Source: Terriglobia bacterium (GTDB taxonomy: Bacteria > Acidobacteriota > Terriglobia > 20CM-2-55-15). From it: a stretch of DNA of 64,000 bases. Below, piece after piece: positions 1 to 9,896 of the stretch. The translations under genes were made by a program, and so were the position numbers. Where the stretch lies: positions 128,001 through 192,000 of the forward strand of contig CBDCLE010000002.1 in assembly GCA_965218585.1 (NCBI GenBank). Reading direction: 5' to 3'. Numbering within the stretch: the stretch's first letter is position 1; each line of letters opens with the position of its first letter. Below the pieces are notes generated by a model. That model saw only the letters and a list, made by a program, of their open reading frames with translations. It did no database searches and was not told the origin of the DNA.

Positions 1-1
1 G

Positions 2-133
2 GAACTGAGTGACTTTCTGATCCGCGGTAAGATGTCCGGTAGAACCGAGCGGCAGATGGGAGACGAAGTTAAAGTAGAAATCGAGACCATCAATCCAGTC
101 CACGCCGAAATTCGCTTTCGAGAATGTTCATGA
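2..133 (+). CDS. 3' end of an upstream gene, possibly an RNB/RNase II-family ribonuclease (partial)
   Basis: Frame 2 reads ELSDFLIRGKMSG...GDEVKVEIETINPVHAEIRFRECS*, an OB/S1-like tail. Its TGA overlaps the next ATG (ATGA, 130-133). Confidence 0.45.
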   Translation, partial: ELSDFLIRGKMSGRTERQMGDEVKVEIETINPVHAEIRFRECS

Positions 134-1728
134 AGAAATCCGGGCGCAAGAATCGATTTCGTGCAGAAAGGGACTTCGACCGCGCAATGGTGGACAGTGT
201 GGAACTGTTCGAGAACCTCGTCGAAAGTGTTCGATTCCCTATCGAATCGGATAATTTCCTCCTTCAGGAACTCGGACATCTGATCCAGGACGGAGACCCC
301 TCGTACGAAGACGATGATTTCCACTTTGTTATTAAGCAGGGTATCCGTCTTTACGTCGACCCCGACGTCGATCTGCGTGCACAACTGGTCGGATCCCTTC
401 GCCAGGCTTACGCTGGAATGAAAGGAGCCTCCGGCCGCGTTGCACATACCATCATTGGCGCAATCGAGGACGTCGATTTCTCTCTGGACGTGGTCGGTGC
501 GGTGGTTCAAGGCTACACGAACCAACTCCTTAGAACGCTTGAAGACATGACCGAGGATGAGTCTGTCGAAGAAAACGCAAGGAAATGGATCGAGCTATGG
601 ACGGAGGGTACACTTGAGGAACCCGCTTTGCTGGAACGGTTTCGTGGCATCGGGTCGGACGGCGTTCCTGCTGTTGCCGATCTGCTTTTCGATTCACTCG
701 AAGACCCGATACGAAACAACACTGCTCTGAACCTGCTGTCTATGATTCACACGCCTGTTGCCGCACAGGTGCTCGCCTACACAATCTCAGAGCCGATTTT
801 GGAAGAGAAGCAGGAAGAGATTGCTCGTAAAATTCTCAGGGAACTCTGGCCCATGGCTCTCCCCTACGTCCTTTACAACCTGCGACGACACGCGCACGAA
901 GACATACCGTTTCGGTGGTTCGAACTCCTGATCGACACCGACAACACGCGGGCAGTGGATCGCATCCTGGAAGAAGTTGTTGCTCACGGACGGTCGGACA
1001 ACTATCGGGAAGACCTGCTGGCAATCCTGCCTCTCCTGGATCGATCGAACGATCCGGGCGTGGCGGGAAAACTGCTAAGGCTCATGACAGAAGATTCGCT
1101 GCCCAAGGAGTCGGTCGGACTGATTGAACAGTGGATTGAAACCTCCCGACTGGCTCTGCCCGTAGAAGAAGCGCTCGAGCGCTGGAAGGACGGTAAGATG
1201 ATTCTCGTCCGGCAGAGAGAAGACTTCAACTCTTTCGCTGCCGAACAAGCCGGGCAAAGTATTGCCGAACTGCGGAACGATTGGAACACTGCCTACCACG
1301 AGTCCCTGGGATGGCAACAGCGGAGCCAGTTCCCGAGAGGACCTATCGAAACTCAATACGAACAGAAACTTGAGGAAGCAATGATCAAACGGCTTTCCCT
1401 GAATCCTCGACTGGAAGAATCCGCCCTGAGAGAGCAAATCGAATTCTTCAGGGAGAGCTGGCTCGTAACACCACAGGACGATGTGATTCCTTTAGTCGCC
1501 ATCTGCCTGGAGCGGGAGAGAGACACGCCGTGGCTGGAAGAAATCTACTGGAACGAAATCAATGCATGGTACATCAAAGCTGCCCAGTACTTTGATGAGC
1601 GAGAGAAGGGCAAGGCCCGTCATTATCTCGACATCATCCTCAAGGTTGAACCTGAATACCCTCTGGCCCTCATGCTGGACGGAATAATGAAATCTAGCGA
1701 TATGGCGGTCGGCGAAGCTGACGGCTGA
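130..1728 (+). CDS. Hypothetical acidic alpha-helical (HEAT/TPR-like) protein
   Basis: Long ORF. Start placed at the ATGA overlap. HEAT-like helices (GVPAVADLL, AAQVLAYTI) and a C-terminal TPR-like pair (KARHYLDIILKVEPEY). Confidence 0.8.
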   Translation: MKKSGRKNRFRAERDFDRAMVDSVELFENLVESVRFPIESDNFLLQELGHLIQDGDPSYEDDDFHFVIKQGIRLYVDPDVDLRAQLVGSLRQAYAGMKGASGRVAHTIIGAIEDVDFSLDVVGAVVQGYTNQLLRTLEDMTEDESVEENARKWIELWTEGTLEEPALLERFRGIGSDGVPAVADLLFDSLEDPIRNNTALNLLSMIHTPVAAQVLAYTISEPILEEKQEEIARKILRELWPMALPYVLYNLRRHAHEDIPFRWFELLIDTDNTRAVDRILEEVVAHGRSDNYREDLLAILPLLDRSNDPGVAGKLLRLMTEDSLPKESVGLIEQWIETSRLALPVEEALERWKDGKMILVRQREDFNSFAAEQAGQSIAELRNDWNTAYHESLGWQQRSQFPRGPIETQYEQKLEEAMIKRLSLNPRLEESALREQIEFFRESWLVTPQDDVIPLVAICLERERDTPWLEEIYWNEINAWYIKAAQYFDEREKGKARHYLDIILKVEPEYPLALMLDGIMKSSDMAVGEADG

Positions 1729-1742
1729 AAGTTGATTTTCTC

Positions 1743-1800
1743 CTAGTGACCTGTAACACCCATATTGGGACCATCGCCGATGGGTGTTACAGGTCACTAG
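1743..1800. mobile_element. 58-bp perfect hairpin / mini-MITE bounded by CTAG; may also act as a bidirectional terminator
   Basis: CTAGTGACCTGTAACACCCAT...ATGGGTGTTACAGGTCACTAG is a 21-bp perfect inverted repeat between convergent genes. Confidence 0.6.
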
Positions 1801-1937
1801 AAGTCGCTGCACGACTTGAAATACCCGCACTTCGGGCACTTCAACTTACAGCTTTGGGAATCCATGCGAGAGTCGCAGTTGGGACAGGTACGCTCGATCA
1901 GCTCGAGCAGTAGTGCCGCGCTTTCTTCGTCTGTCAT
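1797..1937 (-). CDS. 46-aa Zn-finger microprotein (not in the ORF track)
   Basis: Manual translation gives MTDEESAALLLELIERTCPNCDSRMDSQSCKLKCPKCGYFKSCSDF*, with CPxC and CPxCG motifs and 6 Cys. It lies directly downstream of the 1956-2588 gene. Confidence 0.8.
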   Translation of the reverse strand: MTDEESAALLLELIERTCPNCDSRMDSQSCKLKCPKCGYFKSCSDF

Positions 1938-1955
1938 GATCTGCTTAATCCGAGT

Positions 1956-2588
1956 CTACAGGTAGCGGTCGTCCTGCTGCTGATCATCGGGCTGTTCTTT
2001 CCCGAAGTAGTCTGCAAGATGGCCCAGTATGGCTGCGGCGTCACCTGGACGCCCTTCAAAGGTCGTGATACAGCGTGAGCGACGCCAACCCTTACCGTGC
2101 TTAACGCCGATGATGATGTACTGATCGAAGAATCCCGTATCTTTGAGGAAGCGGACAGCGGATTCCGGGGTGAATTCGTTACTGCGAAATTCGCAGACGC
2201 TGATCAGGTCACGCAACCGCTCCGTCTGCTCAGGCTCGAAAGTCTCCATGAATGGCTCCAGCCCGTGGACTTCACACCTGACCGGGGGTAAGCCATCCGA
2301 AGAAAGTGCTTCCAGCTGAGCGCGCACAAACTCACCGAGAGCACAGTCAACGAAGCCTTCAATCACCGGCCCGTTGCGTGGATGTGACAGAGAGAACACC
2401 TGGTCTCGTGGGACCACTTTCCCTGATCCATCGACAACTGCAAGAAGAGCGGCTTCCTCGAGAGTCGGAAAGTGGAATGTGATCGGACGGATGGCAGTTC
2501 GACGGTTACCAAGGCCTCGGTTAAAGACTGTGTTTCGGATTCGGAACCCTAACTCAACCATCGGCTTCCTCCCATAGGATTTCTCCAT
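1956..2588 (-). CDS. Hypothetical protein
   Basis: 210-aa ORF with protein-like composition and no recognised motif. Confidence 0.65.
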   Translation of the reverse strand: MEKSYGRKPMVELGFRIRNTVFNRGLGNRRTAIRPITFHFPTLEEAALLAVVDGSGKVVPRDQVFSLSHPRNGPVIEGFVDCALGEFVRAQLEALSSDGLPPVRCEVHGLEPFMETFEPEQTERLRDLISVCEFRSNEFTPESAVRFLKDTGFFDQYIIIGVKHGKGWRRSRCITTFEGRPGDAAAILGHLADYFGKEQPDDQQQDDRYL

Positions 2589-2862
2589 TTATGAGGGACT
2601 AAGCGGACAGATGTGGTCCAAGCCATTGAATTTGAATGCCTGGAGTGATTCCGATAGGACAGACGGTAGCGGACCCCACACGCGTTTCATGCCACTCCGC
2701 GTGTATCCCGCTCCCGGTGTTTCGCGTCTACCGTGTTAGTGAAGACGAGTTCGAAGCCGAGTGGAACACCCACCACGACAAGGGTCCGAGACAGTCGTTC
2801 CTCTTTGCAGACTCAAGCTGAACATTTCAGGATCCGAGAGCCGGTAAGGTTTGCCTCGAAGG

Positions 2863-3705
2863 TCATTGGACGAGGTAGCCGTCCCTGGCACGCACGGTAA
2901 CGTCTCGACCCGGAACTTCTACTTCGATTGTATGGAAACCTTCTTCTGCCGACGCATGGTATCCGAGGTAGTACTGGTAGCCTAACTCTTCACGAATGGT
3001 TTTTAGCGCATCTGAAACGGACTGATCTTCGCCCAGCATCAGAACACTCCCGCCCGACATCGACGCCAGTCCATCCATCGTGTAGGTGTCGATTAGAATC
3101 CGGGGGCCGATGCCAACGAAGTACAGCAAGACCGTGTTCCTTTGCGCCTCACGAACGACTTCAAGGTAGGATTTCTGGCTGCGATTGTCATTGCCGTCAG
3201 ACAGTACGATCAGCGCTTTCCGCTCATGAACCCCTTGGGTTGCCTTGTTGATACCTTCCCACAGAGCGTCGTAGAACACGGACGTTCCCCATGACCTCAG
3301 CCGCCTCAACGCGTCGGGCAGTTCGTTCACATCTTCGTGTAAATCGTGCACCACCTCGGTTTCGATTGCGAAAGACATCACGAAAGTTTCGTCCTCGGGT
3401 CCCAGACTTGCCGAGAACTCTTCAACCCCTGACCTGATCGATCCAAGGATACTGGGCGTGCTCCCGCTATTGTCGATCAGAACACCAAGGCTGCTTGACA
3501 GGTTGCCCGTAGCCTCAAAGATTTCAATGGGGCGCTCCTCATCGTCTTCGATAACCCTGAAGTCATCGCGGCCGAGCCCGGTGACATAGCGTCCTTCCCT
3601 GTCCTGAACTGTCGCGAAGACGTTAACCAGGTTGACATCGACCGTGAGCACGGACTGGAGAGGAACAAGCAGGGACAGACTCAAGATGAAGACTGCACGT
3701 AACAT
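2863..3705 (-). CDS. VWA domain protein (acidobacterial type)
   Basis: Signal peptide, VDVNLVNVFATVQD N-terminus, MIDAS DNSGS, RKALIVLSDGNDNRS, C-terminal QYYLGY...VRARDGY. Confidence 0.93.
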   Translation of the reverse strand: MLRAVFILSLSLLVPLQSVLTVDVNLVNVFATVQDREGRYVTGLGRDDFRVIEDDEERPIEIFEATGNLSSSLGVLIDNSGSTPSILGSIRSGVEEFSASLGPEDETFVMSFAIETEVVHDLHEDVNELPDALRRLRSWGTSVFYDALWEGINKATQGVHERKALIVLSDGNDNRSQKSYLEVVREAQRNTVLLYFVGIGPRILIDTYTMDGLASMSGGSVLMLGEDQSVSDALKTIREELGYQYYLGYHASAEEGFHTIEVEVPGRDVTVRARDGYLVQ

Positions 3706-6700
3706 CAGTTTGTATACCCTTCGAGAGCCAACCTCTGTGTGTAGATGGTCGTGTCCGTCGGAAAGATTCGCGCGCCCTTGGCAAGAACCCGCCGGGCTTC
3801 GGACCCTCGGTCTGTCTCGGTATAGAGGTGGGCAAGGCGGGTGTAGATCCTGGCGTCTCTGTCGAGAGCATAGACACTGAGGAATTCGAGCAGATCAATC
3901 GCAACTTCGAACTCACCACGCCCCTCAAGAACTTCGGCAAGACGCAGGCGTGCCAGATAAGAATAGGGTTCCAGCTCCAACGCCCGATCAAACGCACTCA
4001 CCGCATCGGCTTCACGTCCTCCCGCCACCAGGTATTCACCCAACAGTTCCCAGTAAAATGAAACCGCGTAGGGACGGGTCTGTATGTAACGTTCCATCCA
4101 GAGAGCCGCATCATCCCATTGTCTGGAAAGAGCGTAGCGCTCGGCCAGTCTCCGGAGATAGCCGGATCGCGTCGGAGCAAGAACCGCAGCCCGGCGATAG
4201 CTCTCGATAACTTGATTCGCCTCGCCCATTTCTTCGTAGAACGACGCCCAAAGCTCTTCTCGTTCGGCCCCATATGTGTCCGGTCCGCCAGAGCTCAAGG
4301 CGAGTTGTTCAGCTGTCCGCAGAGACTCCTCGGCGTCTTCGAATTGCCTGGAGTTTATGCTGAGGCGGGCGGTCGCGATATACAAACTGATCGCACTGGA
4401 TTCCTCCATTTCAGCAAGCTCGCCGAGCCCCTGCACTGCATCGAGGACCTCTCCTCTGGCCAGCAAAGGCTCCATCAGTGCAACGTAGACACGTTCCCTG
4501 ACCGAAGCAGATAACCCTTCCGGCATCAAGGCAGACTTGTACTCGTTCAATAACCGTACATTCATATCCCGGGTATCCGAAAACAAGTTCCGGGGAGCAT
4601 TGAATTCAAGCAACGGCCTGTCATCTGTGTTCCGGACTGCACGCGCTGCAAATTGCTCGACTTCATCGCTCGACAAGGTGTATGTCGCGAAGATTCCCAG
4701 AGGATCATTCAGTTCGAGGTGCTCTGAGAAATCCCTCCTAACAGTTTCGTCGCTGGTGAAAAGACGTTCCATGCGGTCGGTGTCAAACCGGAGAGGCTGA
4801 CGACTTCCGAGTAAGACAAGGTCGCCCACGCCCATTTCCCACACCGAAACCTCGGGAAACTGCCTCTGAAATTCCCCCAAAACCATCCGGACGTCGTCGG
4901 GTGACAATTCATAGAGTTGCACCCACTGTGCAAAGACTCCATCCGGCTCCAGGGCGCTCGCTGCAAGCTCATAGAATTCAGCCGTGAAGAGGCTTCCGAT
5001 GCCTGCAATCCAAGGGTTGGACGGCTCGGAGATAATAATGTCGTAAGTTTCGGAAGTGACGTTCAGGAAGTTCCGGGCATCCCCTTCGATGATGTTGACC
5101 TTCGGGTCGTCGTAACTCCTCCGGTTCAGCTCATCAAACCAGGGAGCGGCTCCAAGAACAGCGGGCTCGATCTCCACACAATCCACACGCAACGTCTCCG
5201 GAAACGCCGCCGCCACTCCGGTCGTGATCCCCGCACCATACCCGATAACAAGAGTCTTCTCGGGAGCAGGGTGATGAAAACCCGGAAGATACCCGATCAG
5301 AAGCTGCGTGGTCATGTCATCACCATTGGATGCATCCACCTTGCCATTCGTCCGCAATCCAACATAGTTGGCGCCGCGCCGCACCGAGATGTTCGCGTTG
5401 TTCCCCTCTTCAAAATAGACCACGTCGGTGTCGGCATAGTGCTCAGACAACCGGAGCTGTGGTCGTGCTTCAAACTGACGGGCATAGATGAGTACCCCAC
5501 GATCCAATGACCCCGGGTCCCAGAACACCTCTCCCCTCATCGAGACGGTTGAGACGATCAACATCCCGACGGCCGCCCATCGGGTCAGAGCCACCCTCGG
5601 ATGTGCATCGGACAACAGAAGCAAGGCCAATGCCGAGTTCAGGAACATTCCCGTCAGAATCGTCCGTTCCGTCCCGATTACAGGCACAAGGACGAACCCG
5701 GCAGCCACCGAGCCGAAAATGGCACCGACTGTGTTGATGGAATAGATACTGCCGATTCTTTGGCCCAGCACCTGCAAATGGTTTGAATAGAGCTGGCCGC
5801 TGATAGGAAACGTGGCCCCCATGAAGAACGTCGCAAGGATCATCAAGGAGGAACAGACGATAAACTGGACCGTCAACACCGCAGGAAATGAATAAAAGAG
5901 CGCCCGTATCATCGAAACCAGCAAATAGGGAGCCCACAAGTAGCCCACCAGAAAGACAAGTCCGCCAACCGCGACTCCAAGTTGGAGCAGGCCGAGCATT
6001 CGAATACTCGCGGATGGTCTAAAGCGGCTGGCCCAGGTACTCCCCAAACCGATTCCAACCAGAAAGGTCACCAGCATGATCGCAAACGCATACGTTGAGC
6101 TGCCTATCATCGCAGAGAGAGCACGGGTCCATGCGACTTCGTAAATCAACGCGGCAAACCCGGACACCATCAACGTCACCGCGACCAGTCGGTCCCTCGA
6201 ACGAGCACTTCCGGAATGCTCACCCGGCGCGATCGTTCGAGTCTCGCCCCACACCGGCGTCGGCTCCTGCCCGATATCGATCCGTATGGCCAGCAGTCCC
6301 AGCCCTACGTTTAGGGAGGCGACCCATATTGTCGTAAGCTGGCTGCCGAACCCTGGAATCAATATGAGCGCCGCGACCAGGGTACCCAGAGCCGCGCCGA
6401 AGGTATTCAGGGCGTAAAGCGTCCCCAACTTCGATTCGACCTCGCTCGTACTCTTTACAAAGAAACGGGAAAGGACCGGGAGGGTGCCACCCATCAGGAA
6501 CGTCGGAACGACCATGATCGCGAAGGAAGATATGAAACGGACGAAAAGATCTGCACCTGCCACTGACGAAAGCGTCGGAGCAAGGTTCCAATAAATCCCC
6601 TCCATCGAACGGAACGCTATTGGAACCAGGACGGCCGAGATACCTATCAGAACTTCCAGGAGACCGTACATGCGCAACGGCCGCTCGTACCGGTCCGCCA

Positions 6701-6875
6701 TTCGACCCAGCAACCAACTTCCCAGCGCAAGGCCGGCCATGAACGCTCCCAGTACCGTTGCTATAGAAAAGGAAGTGTTGCCGAACACCAGACCGGTCAG
6801 TCGGACCCAGATAACCTCGTAAACCAGACCGGTTGCGCCGGATGCGAAGAAGATGAGGTAGAGAAGGCGTGTCAT
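3705..6875 (-). CDS. Fused MFS / spermidine synthase-like protein with C-terminal TPR repeats
   Basis: SGATGLVYEVIW and SGFAALIYEVAW membrane repeats; VIGYGAGIT SAM-binding motif; VEIE, DARN and DIIISEPSNPW motifs; TPR tail. Confidence 0.93.
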   Translation of the reverse strand: MTRLLYLIFFASGATGLVYEVIWVRLTGLVFGNTSFSIATVLGAFMAGLALGSWLLGRMADRYERPLRMYGLLEVLIGISAVLVPIAFRSMEGIYWNLAPTLSSVAGADLFVRFISSFAIMVVPTFLMGGTLPVLSRFFVKSTSEVESKLGTLYALNTFGAALGTLVAALILIPGFGSQLTTIWVASLNVGLGLLAIRIDIGQEPTPVWGETRTIAPGEHSGSARSRDRLVAVTLMVSGFAALIYEVAWTRALSAMIGSSTYAFAIMLVTFLVGIGLGSTWASRFRPSASIRMLGLLQLGVAVGGLVFLVGYLWAPYLLVSMIRALFYSFPAVLTVQFIVCSSLMILATFFMGATFPISGQLYSNHLQVLGQRIGSIYSINTVGAIFGSVAAGFVLVPVIGTERTILTGMFLNSALALLLLSDAHPRVALTRWAAVGMLIVSTVSMRGEVFWDPGSLDRGVLIYARQFEARPQLRLSEHYADTDVVYFEEGNNANISVRRGANYVGLRTNGKVDASNGDDMTTQLLIGYLPGFHHPAPEKTLVIGYGAGITTGVAAAFPETLRVDCVEIEPAVLGAAPWFDELNRRSYDDPKVNIIEGDARNFLNVTSETYDIIISEPSNPWIAGIGSLFTAEFYELAASALEPDGVFAQWVQLYELSPDDVRMVLGEFQRQFPEVSVWEMGVGDLVLLGSRQPLRFDTDRMERLFTSDETVRRDFSEHLELNDPLGIFATYTLSSDEVEQFAARAVRNTDDRPLLEFNAPRNLFSDTRDMNVRLLNEYKSALMPEGLSASVRERVYVALMEPLLARGEVLDAVQGLGELAEMEESSAISLYIATARLSINSRQFEDAEESLRTAEQLALSSGGPDTYGAEREELWASFYEEMGEANQVIESYRRAAVLAPTRSGYLRRLAERYALSRQWDDAALWMERYIQTRPYAVSFYWELLGEYLVAGGREADAVSAFDRALELEPYSYLARLRLAEVLEGRGEFEVAIDLLEFLSVYALDRDARIYTRLAHLYTETDRGSEARRVLAKGARIFPTDTTIYTQRLALEGYTN

Positions 6876-7074
6876 GGTATTCGCAGTCGATGGTAGCGTC
6901 GTTCAGACACCGAACAGGAGGAGTCGGTAGGATTTTACACAGGTTAAAGGGTTTCAGCCTGTGTAAATTGATGTCAGGCGGTGGCTATCAGCCCTCAGCC
7001 ATCGTGTTAAAAACTGAACGATAGTCCAATCCGATCAAGTTGACAGCTGAAAGTTAACGGCTGATGGACAGATC

Positions 7075-7860
7075 TTAACCGACAGGGGCCGGCTCCATTG
7101 GGAGAGTAATGGCGAAGGTAGTCGAGTGCGGGCCATTCTGGGCCGTGATCGCGCCCTTTAACTCATCCATGACGATACGTTTGGCGATGTAGAGCCCGAG
7201 TCCCGTCCCGAGAACGCCTTTGGTAGTGAAAAACGGCTCGAAGACCCGACCCAGATCGGCGGTTGAGATTCCTTCTCCCGTATCTTCGACGTTGATCTGT
7301 AAACGATCATGGTCGGACGTAACAGAAACCCTCAGTTCCCGTTCGGGACGACCTACCATCGCGTCTGCAGCGTTCTGGAACAGGTTTACGAGAACTTGAA
7401 TCAGGAGATTTCGGTCGGCAGAAATCCGCTCGACGTTGGCTCCAGACTCGAACTCGAAAGAAACAGCCCTCATGTTGAGATACGGGCGTACAAACCGATG
7501 GGCGTCGGCGATCGCATCCGAAACGTCAAACGGACCTTCGTAGGACGGTTCCCTACGATTGAAATCGAGCATCCGAGCCGCCATGCTTCCGATGCGTTCG
7601 GCGGCTTCAACGGCCGCCCGAACATTGTCCAGATTCGGATCGTCGTCCGGCGTCTGTTCCTCGATCAATTGAAGGTGCCCCTGTACAAGCATCAAGGGAT
7701 TGGACACTTCATGGGCAAAGCAGGCGACCATCTCACCGATAAGCGCCAAACGCGAGAACCGTATCAGTTCTGAAGGCACGTTGGAACTTTCCGAAAAGTC
7801 CATGCCTGAGGATGCGGCCGATTCACTCAATGTGGAACTCCAAAGTTGCGGGTCATTCAT
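7075..7860 (-). CDS. Histidine kinase (HisKA + HATPase), no sensor domain
   Basis: H-box FAHEVSNPL, N-box QVLVNLFQNAADA, DTGEG, FEPFFTTK, GTGLGL. ATGA overlap with the upstream sigma gene. Confidence 0.92.
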   Translation of the reverse strand: MNDPQLWSSTLSESAASSGMDFSESSNVPSELIRFSRLALIGEMVACFAHEVSNPLMLVQGHLQLIEEQTPDDDPNLDNVRAAVEAAERIGSMAARMLDFNRREPSYEGPFDVSDAIADAHRFVRPYLNMRAVSFEFESGANVERISADRNLLIQVLVNLFQNAADAMVGRPERELRVSVTSDHDRLQINVEDTGEGISTADLGRVFEPFFTTKGVLGTGLGLYIAKRIVMDELKGAITAQNGPHSTTFAITLPMEPAPVG

Positions 7861-8483
7861 GGTCTGAGTCTTTTCCTGATCCGGTTTAGTACAGCCTCGA
7901 TGCCGGAAACGCTCAGGGAAAAACCCGGGAACTCCGCAAGCTCAGCGGCTGTAAAACCGTCAATGTAGTGGAGCTTGAATATCAGAAGATTGCGCGCCGC
8001 GTGGCGTCGATCCTCATCGTTCCTGAGAACGCGATCAACGTCTATCCAGGATAAAACCGCTCCAATTGTCTTTTCATCGAGATCCGCGCCCACAATGCGG
8101 GAATTCTCGACAACTTCTCTTGCGTGATCGATTGAAATCACTTGTGCCTGCCTTTTTTCTGCCATCTGGTACCGAAAATGGTCGGCGACGACACTCGTGG
8201 CAACACGTGCCAGAAACGCCTTGACTGCGAATTCAGTCTGTCCTCGAAAGGATCGCAGTATCCGGCCATCGTTCTGCACCAGACGCACATACACTTCCTG
8301 TGCCAGATCCAGGACAACCTCGCGAACTTCATCTTACTGTCCTCTAGAAACACGACACGCGCGGAGCAGGTATAAGAAAATCCGGCGTTGGAATCGCTTC
8401 TGAAACTCATCCCAGAGATCGATATCCGTCAGCCTGTGCCCGTATTCGCGCAGCAAGTCTGAAGACGAAACTTCTCCGTCAGA

Positions 8484-9848
8484 GAGGTCATTACAAAAGG
8501 TGTGTAAAAGTCATCAGGCGGCGGCCTTCGATTTCATCACGACTCTGATGCCGTCAGCGAATTGCTGACCATCATAGACCTCTTGTAAGAGTTCGGATCC
8601 TTTTAAGTGTCGCCAAGCCTTCTCAGCGACACGTAGTAGCTTCCAGATCATTGCCGTTGCATTCTCGACACGCTTGAATCGGCGAGCGGCGTTGGTGCGG
8701 AGACGAACCATGTCGAAGGGCGATTCGACGATGTTGGTCGTTCTCAGATGCACCCAGTGTTGTTTCGGGAACTCATAGAAAGTAATCATCCGGTCCCAGT
8801 CCCGCAACAGCGTCTCACCCGCTTTGGGATAGTTCTTCTCATATCGGCGGACGAACTGATCCCGCTTTCGTTCGCAGGCCGCGCGGGAGTTCGCGAAGGC
8901 CATCCCATGAAGCAGCTGTCTGGCCGCGGGCTGCTCGGTCTTCGGCAGATGATCGACCACGTTGATCGACTTGTGGTTCCAGCAGCGTTGTTCCTGGCCC
9001 TGGGGCTGTTGCTCGGCCAGCGCGGACCAGATGCCCAGGTGACCGTCCGCGACAGTCAGCCGTCCCAGCTTCAGGCCCCGTCTCTGGAGATTGCGCAGAA
9101 TGCGGCTCCAGGACTCCTTGTTTTTCCGCTGCCCGCTCTCACAGGCCAACACCACTTTGCGCCCGTCTGACAAGGCTCCGATGATCACCAGCAATGCCGC
9201 TCGCTCTTTCGCGATCCCCGCTTTCACGTACAAGCCGTCTGCCCACTGGTACACGACCTCGAGGCCGGACAGGTCCTGCTGGACCCACTCGTCATACTCC
9301 AACTGCCAGGTCGATTTCAGTCGTTGGATCGATGCTCGCGACAACGGAGCGCCAGCGCCAAGCAGTCCGCGCATGGCCTGCTCGAAGTCCCCTGTGGCCA
9401 GACCGTGGAGGTAGAGATCGGGAAGTAGCTCGCCCAGCTGTTTCGATTTCCGTCGAAAATACGGCAGGATCTGACTCTCGAACCGCTCGGCGGTGTTTCG
9501 AACCCGAGGTCGTCGAACCTCCATCGTACCGTTCATCATTGCGAAGCGTCGCGGCTTCCCGTGACCGTTCCGGTATCCTCGTCGATTCGGACTCCGCTCC
9601 GACTTTTCCCGACCCAGAAATTGAGTGACTTCGTCCTCGAGCAGCTCCTGTAGCCAGACTTGGACCCGGGATCGCGCCCAGTCCTCCAAACCTTCATACG
9701 CGTTCGTTGACGCCACTGATGCCGGTATGTTCTTCTTCTTCATGGGTGGTGTACCTTTCTCCCGGTTGCTGCCGGGATTGCTTAGGGTTTCGGATTCACC
9801 GAAAGCGTACACCGCCTTCTCTTTTTACACACCGATTGGAACGACCTC
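8484..9848 (-). mobile_element. IS256-family element, complete (1365 bp)
   Basis: Imperfect terminal IRs GAGGTCATTACAAAAGGTGTGTAAAA / TTTTACACACCGATTGGAACGACCTC. 8-bp TSD CCGTCAGA at 8476-8483 and 9849-9856. Confidence 0.95.
8514..9812 (-). CDS. IS256-family (Mutator-type) DDE transposase
   Basis: YRNG, WADG, VADGHLG, QRCWNHK and RTTNIVES motifs. True start is probably MKKKN. Confidence 0.95.
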   Translation of the reverse strand: MYAFGESETLSNPGSNREKGTPPMKKKNIPASVASTNAYEGLEDWARSRVQVWLQELLEDEVTQFLGREKSERSPNRRGYRNGHGKPRRFAMMNGTMEVRRPRVRNTAERFESQILPYFRRKSKQLGELLPDLYLHGLATGDFEQAMRGLLGAGAPLSRASIQRLKSTWQLEYDEWVQQDLSGLEVVYQWADGLYVKAGIAKERAALLVIIGALSDGRKVVLACESGQRKNKESWSRILRNLQRRGLKLGRLTVADGHLGIWSALAEQQPQGQEQRCWNHKSINVVDHLPKTEQPAARQLLHGMAFANSRAACERKRDQFVRRYEKNYPKAGETLLRDWDRMITFYEFPKQHWVHLRTTNIVESPFDMVRLRTNAARRFKRVENATAMIWKLLRVAEKAWRHLKGSELLQEVYDGQQFADGIRVVMKSKAAA

Positions 9849-9896
9849 CCGTCAGAAGACTTTCGAGATAACTCAGGGCGCACCGTTAAACTCCAC

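Larger units (their letters stand above)
7857..9883 (-). pseudogene. ECF sigma-70 factor interrupted by IS256 and an in-frame TAA
   Basis: GTG at 9883 (GGAG upstream) gives MRPELSRKS, then IS256, then SDGEVSSSDLLREY...LWDEFQKRF...GQ*DEVREVVLDLAQEVYVRL...GFTAAELAE. TAA is at 8334-8336. Confidence 0.85.

Noticed and set aside
6933-6967. TTTACACAGG...CCTGTGTAAA hairpin as abutted IS ends
   Set aside because: Too short and with no TSD; equally explained as a terminator or operator.
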